This document shows, piece after piece, positions 28,545-37,686 of a stretch of 64,000 nt of DNA. Position numbers and translations under genes: made by a program. This DNA comes from an uncultured bacterium (lineage in GTDB: Bacteria > Oederibacteriota > JAAXVQ01 > JAUVAV01). The stretch covers positions 192,001 to 256,000 of the forward strand of contig CAVQBK010000003.1 in assembly GCA_963710755.1 (NCBI GenBank). The letters are read 5' to 3'. The first letter of the stretch is position 1; each line of letters begins with the position of its first letter. Below the pieces are notes generated by a model. The model made no database searches, was not told the DNA's origin, and saw only the letters and a list, made by a program, of their open reading frames with translations.

Positions 28545-29456
28545 CTATGGCCTATCAAAATAGTGGCGCTGCCACCTTAAAAAGGAGGGCGCCGGTCTGA
28601 CCGTCCCGGCCGGTTGCACTGCCGGCTGGGGCAACGCGGCAGCAGGGGCTTCCACCACCACATTGATATCGCCAATCGACAATTGCACTTGCTCTTCCCG
28701 GGGTTGCAGAAGGCGCTGGGCCTGCTGCTCCTGGACTGTTGCTGCAGCTGCCCGTTTTTGCTTGTCCGGGCTCAGGGCTGTGGGCACGGGTTCCTCTTCC
28801 TGGCTCACCCATTGCGTCACTTCCCTTAGCACATAAGCGGAAAGCGCGGCCTTGTCCTGCCTTGGGTCCGCCTGGGATGGAAGAGATGCCTCCTCCGCGA
28901 GGACTTCCTCTCCTGACCATGGTTCGGGTGAAACCGGGTCTTGCTTACGCCCGGAAGACCTTGCCGTCTTAGGTGGGCTTGTTGGTTGCACCGGCCCGTT
29001 TGCTTTCCAGGCCTGCCTTAAAGACGGTACTGCATCAGGGCCGGCCCCGGGCGCAACCTCACGCTCGAAGGTTTGTTCCAGCGGTTGTGATGCTGCAGCC
29101 ATGTGTTCCTCTTGAAAGCTATGGTCCTGGGCTATGGCCGGATAGTCCTGACCCGGCTCCCTCGGCGTTAGTGGTTTCCCGGTTCTTTCCTTTGGTTCGG
29201 AATTGGGCGTCTGCGTCCTCAGTGGCGCAGACGCTGGGGGGGCAACTTCCTTCTGCTCCCTGGCAGCCTCTTCGCCATCAGGGGCACCTGTCGCCGATGC
29301 CTGCATGTTCGCAGCCGGGGCCTCTACCTGTTCATGCACCGCAATATCCAAGCCGGCCGCGGTTGTCTCCACATCGTCAGCGCGCTGATCAGACCGGGCC
29401 TGGGACTCGGCAATGGTCAGGTTGGATTGTGTCATCAATTGCTGCAAATAGCCCAT
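28545..29456 (-). CDS. Low-complexity Pro/Ala/Gln-rich CIS-associated protein
   Basis: MGYLQQL start and C-terminal VQLSIGDINVVV motif; disordered middle. Confidence 0.6.
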   Translation of the reverse strand: MGYLQQLMTQSNLTIAESQARSDQRADDVETTAAGLDIAVHEQVEAPAANMQASATGAPDGEEAAREQKEVAPPASAPLRTQTPNSEPKERTGKPLTPREPGQDYPAIAQDHSFQEEHMAAASQPLEQTFEREVAPGAGPDAVPSLRQAWKANGPVQPTSPPKTARSSGRKQDPVSPEPWSGEEVLAEEASLPSQADPRQDKAALSAYVLREVTQWVSQEEEPVPTALSPDKQKRAAAATVQEQQAQRLLQPREEQVQLSIGDINVVVEAPAAALPQPAVQPAGTVRPAPSFLRWQRHYFDRP

Positions 29457-29471
29457 GGTTCACCGTTTCCG

Positions 29472-30203
29472 TTAAATTAAAGCTGCATAATACTGCCGTC
29501 GCCAGCTGGGCATGGCCATGATGTCCTGCTCTGACCAATGGTAATAACCGGCCAGGCGGGCCACGGTATGCAGCATGGATTGCTGCCGGCGGTGCAGCTG
29601 GTGCAGGCAAAATTTTTCCCAATCAATTGTCCAGCGCTGCTCCTGGCCGCAAGCCGGACAGCTGGTGCTGACCTCATAGGCAATCAGGGGATCCACCTGC
29701 GCCAAATGGGCTTCCACGGTCGCCAAGCCGTCCTGGTCATCCAGCAGTGCCTTTGGCAGAGGCTTCTCACTCAGACTCTGCAGCATGGCCACCCCGGCGT
29801 CACGGGCGCTGGTGTAAACCGCAGCCTGCCACGCTTGCTGGTGGCGCCCGCTGGGGCGGACCATGACCAGCTCATGCTCTTTATAGGTGATGGTGATGGC
29901 CTGCTCTTGATGGGCTTCAATGAGGGCGATCAACTCCTCTGCCTCAAAGTGCAGTTCCATCATGCCCCCGCAAAACCGGCAGGCGCGGCTGACCACCAAT
30001 GCCTGTGATGATGACCGCGCCATCCATTCCAAAAGTCCCTGCAGACGCTTGCTGATCGTCCAGGACCAGAAGGCCTGCTCGTCCTGGGTCTCATGGGCCG
30101 CAGCCAAAAGGCCCGTGACCAGGCGGGGCCGGTTGGTGAAATCAAAGCGGATGTCGAGATCCTTGAGCTCTTGTCCGAAAGCTGTTTGACGCATCATCAA
30201 CAT
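29472..30203 (-). CDS. CIS baseplate/tail-assembly protein with two CxxC motifs
   Basis: CRFC and CPAC; C-terminal LAGYYHWSEQDIMAMPSWRRQYY. Confidence 0.72.
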   Translation of the reverse strand: MLMMRQTAFGQELKDLDIRFDFTNRPRLVTGLLAAAHETQDEQAFWSWTISKRLQGLLEWMARSSSQALVVSRACRFCGGMMELHFEAEELIALIEAHQEQAITITYKEHELVMVRPSGRHQQAWQAAVYTSARDAGVAMLQSLSEKPLPKALLDDQDGLATVEAHLAQVDPLIAYEVSTSCPACGQEQRWTIDWEKFCLHQLHRRQQSMLHTVARLAGYYHWSEQDIMAMPSWRRQYYAALI

Positions 30204-30283
30204 GATCCTTTGCTGACCGGCAAGCCGGAATTAATGGTGCCTAAAATTGCCCTACGCCTGGCGGGCATAAAAAAGCGCATACC

Positions 30284-30309
30284 TTGGGTACAGGCATGCC
30301 TGTACCCAA
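30284..30309. repeat. Perfect palindrome (REP-like/terminator) downstream of the tube gene
   Basis: TTGGGTACAGGCATGCCTGTACCCAA. Confidence 0.55.
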
Positions 30310-30331
30310 CCTCGCCCACCCGTGGCTGCTA

Positions 30332-30856
30332 TCAGCCTGCCGCCGGCACGGCTGCGGATTCATCAGGTTCCTTGGTATCCTTGTCCCGCTCCCAGCCTTC
30401 CATCTCGATTTTCATATTTTCAATGGCCACCGCATTGGCGCTGGCATCGAGATCCGGCATGGCCGTGTACTCGCTTACCCAGCATCCGTGCAGAAAATAG
30501 CGGAAGGCCACTTGGCCTCTTTCATTCATCACTTCCAGGATCAGTTCCTTTTTATAATTAACCAGATCCATGCCCTGGTCCCCGGCATAAGGATGAACCA
30601 TGTTGGCCCAGTTCTCAAACTCCCGGTCATGGGTCAAGCCCCGGTCCAGGGTCAGGCCTTCGTAGCTGGTGCGGCCCGGGGATTTGTGTTCCACGCTGTT
30701 CTCCCCGCCTTCGCGGTACTTGACCACTTCCGTGGTGCGCTTGAGCGCCCCGGCTTTCTGCACGCCCAGCACCGGCCGCTCGTCCATAATGATACGGAAT
30801 TTAAAATTCTTGTACGGGTCATATCGATGCGCGTTCTTAACGAATCCGTTTGCCAT
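30332..30856 (-). CDS. Tail tube protein (T4 gp19 / Afp1/5 family)
   Basis: RYDPYKNFKFR, YREGG, KSPGRT, CWVSEY and VAIE motifs. Confidence 0.93.
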   Translation of the reverse strand: MANGFVKNAHRYDPYKNFKFRIIMDERPVLGVQKAGALKRTTEVVKYREGGENSVEHKSPGRTSYEGLTLDRGLTHDREFENWANMVHPYAGDQGMDLVNYKKELILEVMNERGQVAFRYFLHGCWVSEYTAMPDLDASANAVAIENMKIEMEGWERDKDTKEPDESAAVPAAG

Positions 30857-30877
30857 GATCGCCTCTCCTTTGAAAAA

Positions 30878-32839
30878 TTAGAGTTCTCCCGCTATCTGCT
30901 GGAATTTTAGCACTACAAATTCCGCCGGTTTGAGGGGCGCAAAGCCCACCTCGATGTTGACGATGCCTTTGTTGCGGTCATCCTGCGTGGTGGTCTCGCC
31001 ATCGCACTTGACATAAAAAGCCTGGTCCGGCGTGCTGCCCTGAAAGGCGCCCTGTTTGAACAGACCCATCATGAAGGCATTGAGGTTGAGCCTGACCTTG
31101 GACCAGAGCGGTTCGTCATTGGGCTCGAACACCACCCACTTGGTGCCACGGAAGAGCGACTCTTCCAGGAAAAGCGCCAGGCGCCGGATGGGAATGTACT
31201 TCCATTCCGAGGCCGCCTGATCGCTGCCGTCCAGGGTCCGGGCGCCCCAGGAGACCGTGCCGTAAATGGGGAAGATACGGAAGCAGTTGGACGCCAAAGG
31301 ATTAAGCGTGCCGTTTTGCCCATCGGTCAGCTCCAGGTCCAAAGCACTGACGCCCTTCAACGTGGCTTCCGTACCGGCCGGGGCTTTCCACACCCCGCGG
31401 GTCGTGTCAATGCGGGAATACAATCCGGCCATGGTGCCGCTGGAGCCCACGGATTTCAGGCGGTATTCATCCAGCGGATCAGGCATTTGCAGGCGTGGGA
31501 AATAAACCGCTGAGTTTTTATCGCGCAGGGAAGCATTGGCATCGAGCCAATCCTCCATCTCATCCACGGCGTTCACGGATTTGGGAATATCGATGATTAG
31601 AAAGGCACGCCGCTTAATGCAATAAGCCAGGGCCTTGCTGTAAACCGCCTGCATGGCGGTCACCCCGCCGGCGCTGGAGTCATCGGCAATGATGGCCGCC
31701 CGGGGAAGGCACATGATGTTGAACAGGTCCGCCAGCTCCAGGGCATACATGCCGGTAAAGGGCTCCGAGCTGGAGCCGATAAGGTCGCCTGCTTCCGGCT
31801 CGTCGCCGTCGGCGCCCTTGTCATCCTTGACCATGGCCGCGCCCGAGGGCACGGTGCCGTCAAAGCCCACCGGGTATTGCTGCACATTGGACGTACCGCT
31901 GGTTAATTTCAAATCAGCGGCCACTGTATCCGAGCCGTTGGCCGTCACCACAATCTGCTCGATGGGCGAATAGCTGTCCGCCTTGCGGCCGGAGAGGATA
32001 CGAAAAGCTGTATTGGTGCCGTCCGAATAGACCTCCACCGTGGCGTCCGCAAAAGCCGTGGGCGTCACCCCTTCCGAGTTTTTGGCGCTGTGCAGACCGG
32101 CGGAAATAGCCTTTTTTAATTTATTAAAAGTGGCTGTGCCGTCGTAGGTGACCGTCACTTCCAGGGCCGCTTCACTGCCGATCTGGACGTTCATTTTTTC
32201 CCCGCTGGTTACAGTGGGCACGCTGGTGTGGCTGCCGCTGATCAGACCCGTGGGCAGCGGCATGGTCGAGGCACTGGTGGCCACGGTAACGGTGATCAGC
32301 TTGGAATCATTGTTGATGATTTTTTCCGCATAACGGCTGTTGCTTTCCGTGACGCTCAGGTTGAGGAATTGTTCGCTGGAGAGCGGCTGGGCATCATCTT
32401 CGTCACTGACATAGCGGGTCACCGTAAGATTAAAAAGGCTGGCCGGATCATCGGTGTTGTAATCAATATCCACCCGCAGGGTGTTGCCCCAGGCTCCGGG
32501 GCTGAGGGCCGACACGGTCAGCACCGTGCTGCTGCCGTCGGTAATCTCGATGTCCGCCGTGGCATAAGTGCCGGCTTTGGCCGTGCGCACCACATAGGCC
32601 TCGGTGCCGCCGTTTAAAAAGAACTGATTGATGGCATAGCTGGCCGGACTCTTGGCCGAGAGGCCGCCGAAGAGGCGGTTGAAATCGGACAAACTTTGAA
32701 TGCGCACGGCTTTGTCCATGGGGCCTTCCTTGAAGAAATCCACGAAAGCGGCAATGGAAGTGGCCACCCCTGTGATGGTGTGCACTCCGCTGGGAATTTC
32801 CTCTACATACACGCCGGGATAAGTGTACTGCTGAGGCAT
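30878..32839 (-). CDS. Contractile tail sheath protein (Afp2/3/4 family)
   Basis: YPGVYVEE, FFLNGG, RGVWKAPAG, WGARTL, WVVFEPN and GFAPLKPAEFV. Confidence 0.96.
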   Translation of the reverse strand: MPQQYTYPGVYVEEIPSGVHTITGVATSIAAFVDFFKEGPMDKAVRIQSLSDFNRLFGGLSAKSPASYAINQFFLNGGTEAYVVRTAKAGTYATADIEITDGSSTVLTVSALSPGAWGNTLRVDIDYNTDDPASLFNLTVTRYVSDEDDAQPLSSEQFLNLSVTESNSRYAEKIINNDSKLITVTVATSASTMPLPTGLISGSHTSVPTVTSGEKMNVQIGSEAALEVTVTYDGTATFNKLKKAISAGLHSAKNSEGVTPTAFADATVEVYSDGTNTAFRILSGRKADSYSPIEQIVVTANGSDTVAADLKLTSGTSNVQQYPVGFDGTVPSGAAMVKDDKGADGDEPEAGDLIGSSSEPFTGMYALELADLFNIMCLPRAAIIADDSSAGGVTAMQAVYSKALAYCIKRRAFLIIDIPKSVNAVDEMEDWLDANASLRDKNSAVYFPRLQMPDPLDEYRLKSVGSSGTMAGLYSRIDTTRGVWKAPAGTEATLKGVSALDLELTDGQNGTLNPLASNCFRIFPIYGTVSWGARTLDGSDQAASEWKYIPIRRLALFLEESLFRGTKWVVFEPNDEPLWSKVRLNLNAFMMGLFKQGAFQGSTPDQAFYVKCDGETTTQDDRNKGIVNIEVGFAPLKPAEFVVLKFQQIAGEL

Positions 32840-33211
32840 AATGACCTCCTTTCGAAAATGAAATGATAAGTAGCTTTAAGAGCAGGCCTTACGGTTAAAA
32901 TTTGGTTACAGCATCCGGGCGGTGCCGGACCCAAGGCTTGAAAGGCAAGGGTAAAAAGAGAAAACATACGCGGGAAAGCATGACGTCTCATAGCGGCTAT
33001 CCTTTCGTGGACCACGAAGGTGTCAATTCCACTACCAAGTACTGCATGCCATAGAAGGACTGCCCAAAGAACAGACGCTCCTTAAACGGAACGCGATTCC
33101 TTGGCCATGCATTGAGTGAGATTAAGGCTAATACCTTGCGAGACTGTTGAGGACTACTGAAAGAGGGAGAAGAAGAGAATGCGTGAGACGCTGTTGTCGG
33201 ACGACGAGCCA

Positions 33212-33240
33212 ACCTTATACCCGGTCCCAAAACTTGTCAA
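33212..33240 (-). promoter_or_regulatory. Putative sigma70 promoter of the eCIS operon
   Basis: Minus strand TTGACA-17 nt-TAAGGT, about 370 nt upstream of the sheath ATG. Confidence 0.5.
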
Positions 33241-33550
33241 TTATTTTTTATGCATTTCTGCTGCCGAACCCTGAGAAGGCATGAGCGCAACAACTTGGCC
33301 GGCGCGCCGGATGTTGAGCCTCTGCCCTAAGCCATCGCTTGGTTAATGCCGAGAAAATGCTTCCGCCGACGCCGGCCTATTTCCAACCCATTTAATGGCC
33401 ACGCCGTTGGCCGTGTAGTACCGGCGTTGACCAACGATACTGTCCTATTGGTTGTTGAACTAATAATATGTTATATAATTCAAAGTAGCTTAACCGATTC
33501 CGCCATCATAAAGTTATGACGTCGCCCCAATAATAACAAGGGAGCTTAAA

Positions 33551-36046
33551 ATGGAGCGCATCGTTAAATCTGATAAACCTTCGCGCCACGTCAAGCAACC
33601 GCTTCCCCCACAGCGGTCCGGTGCCGCCCTACCCCACACCCTGGCCCAGAAGAAAACCACATGTGTCTGCGACGGCAGCTGTCCCCGTTGCCAAGGGGAC
33701 AACACCTTATCCTCCAATACTATCGCCCCGTTGCCTACCGCTCTCACCGGCGGCCGGCCCCTGGATGAGCCTACCCAACTATGGATGTCCAGCCGGTTTA
33801 ACCATGATTTCAGTTCCGTACGGATTCATACCGGCGCCGCGGCGGAAGCAAGCGCCAGCGCCGTCAATGCCAGGGCCTTTACCCAAAAAAACCATATTAC
33901 CTTTAACTTCGGAGAATATGCGCCGCATACGGCCAGCGGTCAGCACTTATTGGCCCATGAATTAACCCATGTGGTCCAGCAAGCAGCCGGTCCCTTTGGT
34001 AATCAAAAAAGGATACACTTCGATAAGCGTACGGAAAAAGAAGCCCGCGATGTTGCCGGTAAGCTAACCAATGCCAGGCAGCCCCTCACCGTTAAAGAAC
34101 AGTGTGCCCCCGGTCTGGCGCGGTCGCCGCGGTCATTGGTGGAAACCCTGAATTACCCGTCTATGTCCTCCGTCGACCTTTACCGCGAATATAATCTTAT
34201 ACGTCAATGGCTTAGTGATGCTGCCCATGAAGGCAGCAGTGAAGAACGTTATAAATTGGAGACGGCTTTACAAATCATAGAGCCGCTGTTATCAGGCGGT
34301 GGCCCGGCTTCAAAACCAAGGCCAAGAGCGGTTAAAAAGAAAAAGCAGGCGGACATGCCTGCGCAAGCCCTGGCCGCACCACTGCCCCGGTCAGTGGCCG
34401 CGCAGTATTCAGATGCTAAATTGGATAATGAAATACGCCGGATTGAGGTGTGGCTGGCCGGCCAGGTGGAAAACAATGAACAAACCCATGCTATGAGCCA
34501 GGCCTTAAAACAGTGGCAAGCAGAAAAGCGCCGGCGGCAAAGGCCAAACGCAGAAGCCGCCCGGCCGCCGGAACCGGCTTCTCTCGATAGTAATTTGAAT
34601 ACCGATCAGCTGACCGATGAGGAAATCAAACTGGAACTAACCCATATCGAGGCTTGGATAAAGGCCCAGGTCGAAAATACGGAAGACCTATACCGATTAA
34701 AACGAGCCCGGGAACGGCTGAAAGAAACTTTGCATGACCGCGCCTTACAAGCCTTTTATAAACGAGAAATGAAAAAATTAAAATCCCGGGAAGCCAAAAA
34801 GAAAGCCTTGCAGAAGATGAAAGAAAAAGGATTGCCTGCCTTGGTGCTGGCCTATTTAAACAAGCCCCATTTATTTAAAGGACCAAAGTCTTTGGTGGCC
34901 ACGATCAAAGAAAAGACGGTACATATCCGATATCTCGATGGCTCCGATGCCTATGATATTCAGGGATTTTTAATACCTTTAAACGGGATGATCCTGAAAG
35001 CAAACTGGACAACCTATTCCAGCCGCATCGGCAACATACCTTGGTATGCCAAATTTATTTTGAACCGGCCGGCCATGGATCAACACGAGTACGTCTTCGC
35101 TATGGCCAATAGTGAAATCAAACAACGGCTCTATGTCTTGCATTTAATGGCTCAGGGGCTGTCGTTGGAGCAAGCCAATAAGAAATTGAAGACATTGATG
35201 ACAGCCAATTTTGATATTATGAAAATAACGGCCACGCAGGTTGTGCCCTACATTGCGGGAGAAACCTTATTTATGCCTTCCGAACCGGGACTGCCCACTT
35301 CCAAACGAGGCCGGGCCGGCAGGGCCGCGCCGGCACCAAAGGCAAGTGCCGCGCCGGTTGAAACACCGGCCGCGCCGGCAAAAGCAAGGTCAGCAACCGC
35401 CCGGCCTGCGACAGAATCACCGGCATCGGTGGTATCCCCAACCATGCGGCCGCAAAACGCAGGCGGACTGAAACGGCTGAGCGATGAAGCCAAAGCCACC
35501 TTAACCAAGTCCGGTCTCTTCACCGGTGCCTGGCGGCAGCGTTTGCACAGTATCCAACAGACGGTGGTTGACTTCATTAATGATTTTCATTCTGCCCCTG
35601 GTTTTGAAAAAGTAGTGCAGGACTGGCTGGCCAAAGGGAACAAACGTAAGGGTGCTGCTTTTGTTATCCGCTTTGCAAAAGAACTCATACAAAAAGTGCC
35701 CAAAGCCAAACGCTATATGTCCTTTGAAAGAAAACTGGCCTTTTTACCGGGTGGTAAATCTGCCCGAGAAATTGATATCGTGGTTGGCGGCATGCGCTAT
35801 GAGTTGAAATCCTGGCAGCGTTTATACAGCCGAACGGTCAGAAAACAGTTCCTCAAAGATATGGCCCTGATTGGTGATCCTAATAAGTTGAAATGGGTGT
35901 TTGACAGTAGTAAAATAGCGCTGAACGCAAAAGCCATTGCGGCCCAAATCCGGCAAATACTGACATCGGAAAAGTCTTTTGTCCGCAACTATCCGGGTTT
36001 GCAAACCTGGCTGGATGCCTTGGAAAAAATTGTTCACGTAAAATAA
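33551..36046 (+). CDS. DUF4157 protein with helical repeats and a C-terminal PD-(D/E)xK nuclease-like domain
   Basis: CVCDGSCPRC; FNHDFSSVRIH...LLAHELTHVVQQ; C-terminal REIDIVVGGMRYELKSW...QFLKD...KWVF. Confidence 0.82.
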   Translation: MERIVKSDKPSRHVKQPLPPQRSGAALPHTLAQKKTTCVCDGSCPRCQGDNTLSSNTIAPLPTALTGGRPLDEPTQLWMSSRFNHDFSSVRIHTGAAAEASASAVNARAFTQKNHITFNFGEYAPHTASGQHLLAHELTHVVQQAAGPFGNQKRIHFDKRTEKEARDVAGKLTNARQPLTVKEQCAPGLARSPRSLVETLNYPSMSSVDLYREYNLIRQWLSDAAHEGSSEERYKLETALQIIEPLLSGGGPASKPRPRAVKKKKQADMPAQALAAPLPRSVAAQYSDAKLDNEIRRIEVWLAGQVENNEQTHAMSQALKQWQAEKRRRQRPNAEAARPPEPASLDSNLNTDQLTDEEIKLELTHIEAWIKAQVENTEDLYRLKRARERLKETLHDRALQAFYKREMKKLKSREAKKKALQKMKEKGLPALVLAYLNKPHLFKGPKSLVATIKEKTVHIRYLDGSDAYDIQGFLIPLNGMILKANWTTYSSRIGNIPWYAKFILNRPAMDQHEYVFAMANSEIKQRLYVLHLMAQGLSLEQANKKLKTLMTANFDIMKITATQVVPYIAGETLFMPSEPGLPTSKRGRAGRAAPAPKASAAPVETPAAPAKARSATARPATESPASVVSPTMRPQNAGGLKRLSDEAKATLTKSGLFTGAWRQRLHSIQQTVVDFINDFHSAPGFEKVVQDWLAKGNKRKGAAFVIRFAKELIQKVPKAKRYMSFERKLAFLPGGKSAREIDIVVGGMRYELKSWQRLYSRTVRKQFLKDMALIGDPNKLKWVFDSSKIALNAKAIAAQIRQILTSEKSFVRNYPGLQTWLDALEKIVHVK

Positions 36047-36176
36047 CAGGGACAACTGCACTAATGCCCCGGTAGAACCCCTGGGCCAAAGCCCGGGGCA
36101 CCACCATACACTCTCGCCCTTCCGGCGCAGCCGGGTAAAGTGCCGGAGTATGTCCATCCAGAGGAGGAATTTATCC

Positions 36177-36374
36177 ATGCCTATTGTTCGCGTTGAAGTT
36201 TGGAAAGGAAGATCACAGGAAGTTAAAAAGGCTTTGGCCAATGATGTCACCGCTGCCGTGGTCAAGAATATCGGTTGCCAATCAGAAGCCGTCACCGTGA
36301 TTATTGATGAAGTGGAAAAAGAAAATTGGTTTATCGGTGCCCAAGACTGTCAGGAGCTTTATCCTAAGGCCTAA
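36177..36374 (+). CDS. 4-oxalocrotonate tautomerase family protein
   Basis: M-P-I-V start (catalytic Pro1), GRSQEVK, VIIDEV..ENWFIG; RBS GAGGAGG. Confidence 0.9.
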   Translation: MPIVRVEVWKGRSQEVKKALANDVTAAVVKNIGCQSEAVTVIIDEVEKENWFIGAQDCQELYPKA

Positions 36375-36804
36375 TCTTGGACCTCGCCAATCCTTAATTG
36401 GCCTTTGCCATCGCCGGCGAGGGTTAGACCATAAATCCGTATTCTTTTCATTAAAAAGAGGGACAACGTTAACCTGTATCGGAGGGAATGCAAGAGGACC
36501 TGGCGCCAACCGCCAAGCCAGCGGGCAAATAAGTAATTAGGTAATACCTGGAGTCCCCCAAGAAGAGCCTGGAAAATCAGCCCCGCCTTGGATAACGGGA
36601 TCGGCTTGGAATGACCAGACAGGGCATTAAGTCAATTTTTTAAGGTCATAGGGTATTCCGGCAGGCAATTTTTCATTGTTAAAATACGCCTAAATCTTTT
36701 ATGATCACAAGGGCCCACCTCCCGGGGGGAGGAATTTAAGGATTGTTCATTTCCAAGCCAATGGCCACTCTCTTGTGTCCATGAAAGTGAGGTAATTCCA
36801 CCAT

Positions 36805-37647
36805 ATGTGGCGTCATAAAATCTGGATTTATCTTATGCCCCTAATATTACTTTTGCTAACCGGTTGTTCGGAGGCCGTGCTTTTTCATCCCCAAGGACAG
36901 ATCGGCCGGGAAGAGGAAATGGTGATCCTCGTCACCGGAGGGCTGATGCTGCTCATCGTTATTCCGGTTATTTTTTTAACGCTGCTGTTTGCCTGGAAAT
37001 ACCGTGCCTCTAGGAAGAACGGAACCTCCGCCCCGAAACCTCTGAAATCGAAATTTCTGGAAGCGTCCATGTGGCTGGCCCCGGCCTTGATTGTCTGCAT
37101 CCTGTCCGTTATCTCCTGGACCATGTCTCATCGGCTTGATCCTTTCCGTCCGATTGAAGGCAAGGGTACGCCCCTGGTGATCCAGGTCATTGCGCTGGAC
37201 TGGAAATGGCTGTTCGTCTACCCCGATCAAACGGTGGCCTCTGTCAATGAAGTTGCCTTTCCCGTGAACGTACCCGTCCACTTTCTCATCACCTCGGATA
37301 CGGTCATGAATTCTTTTTTCATTCCCCAGCTCGGCAGCCAGATCTATGCCATGGCCGGGATGCGGTCCGAATTGTTTCTGATTGCCGACCAGGCCGGCGA
37401 CTACGCGGGATTTTCCGCCAACATTAGCGGGGTCGGCTTCAGCGGCATGAAGTTTACCGCCCGGGCCCTGCCGGCGGAACAGTTTGAGGCCTGGATCCAA
37501 ACCGCGCGGACGGCTCCTTTGCATTTGGACCAACAGGCCTATCTCCGGCTGAAGCTGTCCAGCAAAAATAACCCGGTGGCCTATTATTCGACCGCCGATC
37601 CCAAGCTTTTTTCCGATGTCATTAGTGACTATTCCTATGGACACTAA
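36805..37647 (+). CDS. cyoA: Cytochrome bo3-type quinol oxidase subunit II
   Basis: Lipobox LTGC; DWKWLFVYP; VMNSFFIPQLGSQIYAMAGM; no CuA cysteines. Confidence 0.93.
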   Translation: MWRHKIWIYLMPLILLLLTGCSEAVLFHPQGQIGREEEMVILVTGGLMLLIVIPVIFLTLLFAWKYRASRKNGTSAPKPLKSKFLEASMWLAPALIVCILSVISWTMSHRLDPFRPIEGKGTPLVIQVIALDWKWLFVYPDQTVASVNEVAFPVNVPVHFLITSDTVMNSFFIPQLGSQIYAMAGMRSELFLIADQAGDYAGFSANISGVGFSGMKFTARALPAEQFEAWIQTARTAPLHLDQQAYLRLKLSSKNNPVAYYSTADPKLFSDVISDYSYGH

Positions 37648-37686
37648 GAACCACGTGGCTGTAAAAACGCCTCTAGAGGAGAGATC

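Noticed and set aside
28410-28545. Hairpins resembling IS200/IS605 ends
   Set aside because: No tnpA or tnpB remnant nearby; treated only as generic palindromic repeats.
9344-32839. Prophage or T6SS interpretation of the tail genes
   Set aside because: No capsid, portal, terminase or integrase, and no TssJLM membrane complex or ClpV. The DUF4255, Afp15-like ATPase and DUF4157 genes point to an eCIS.
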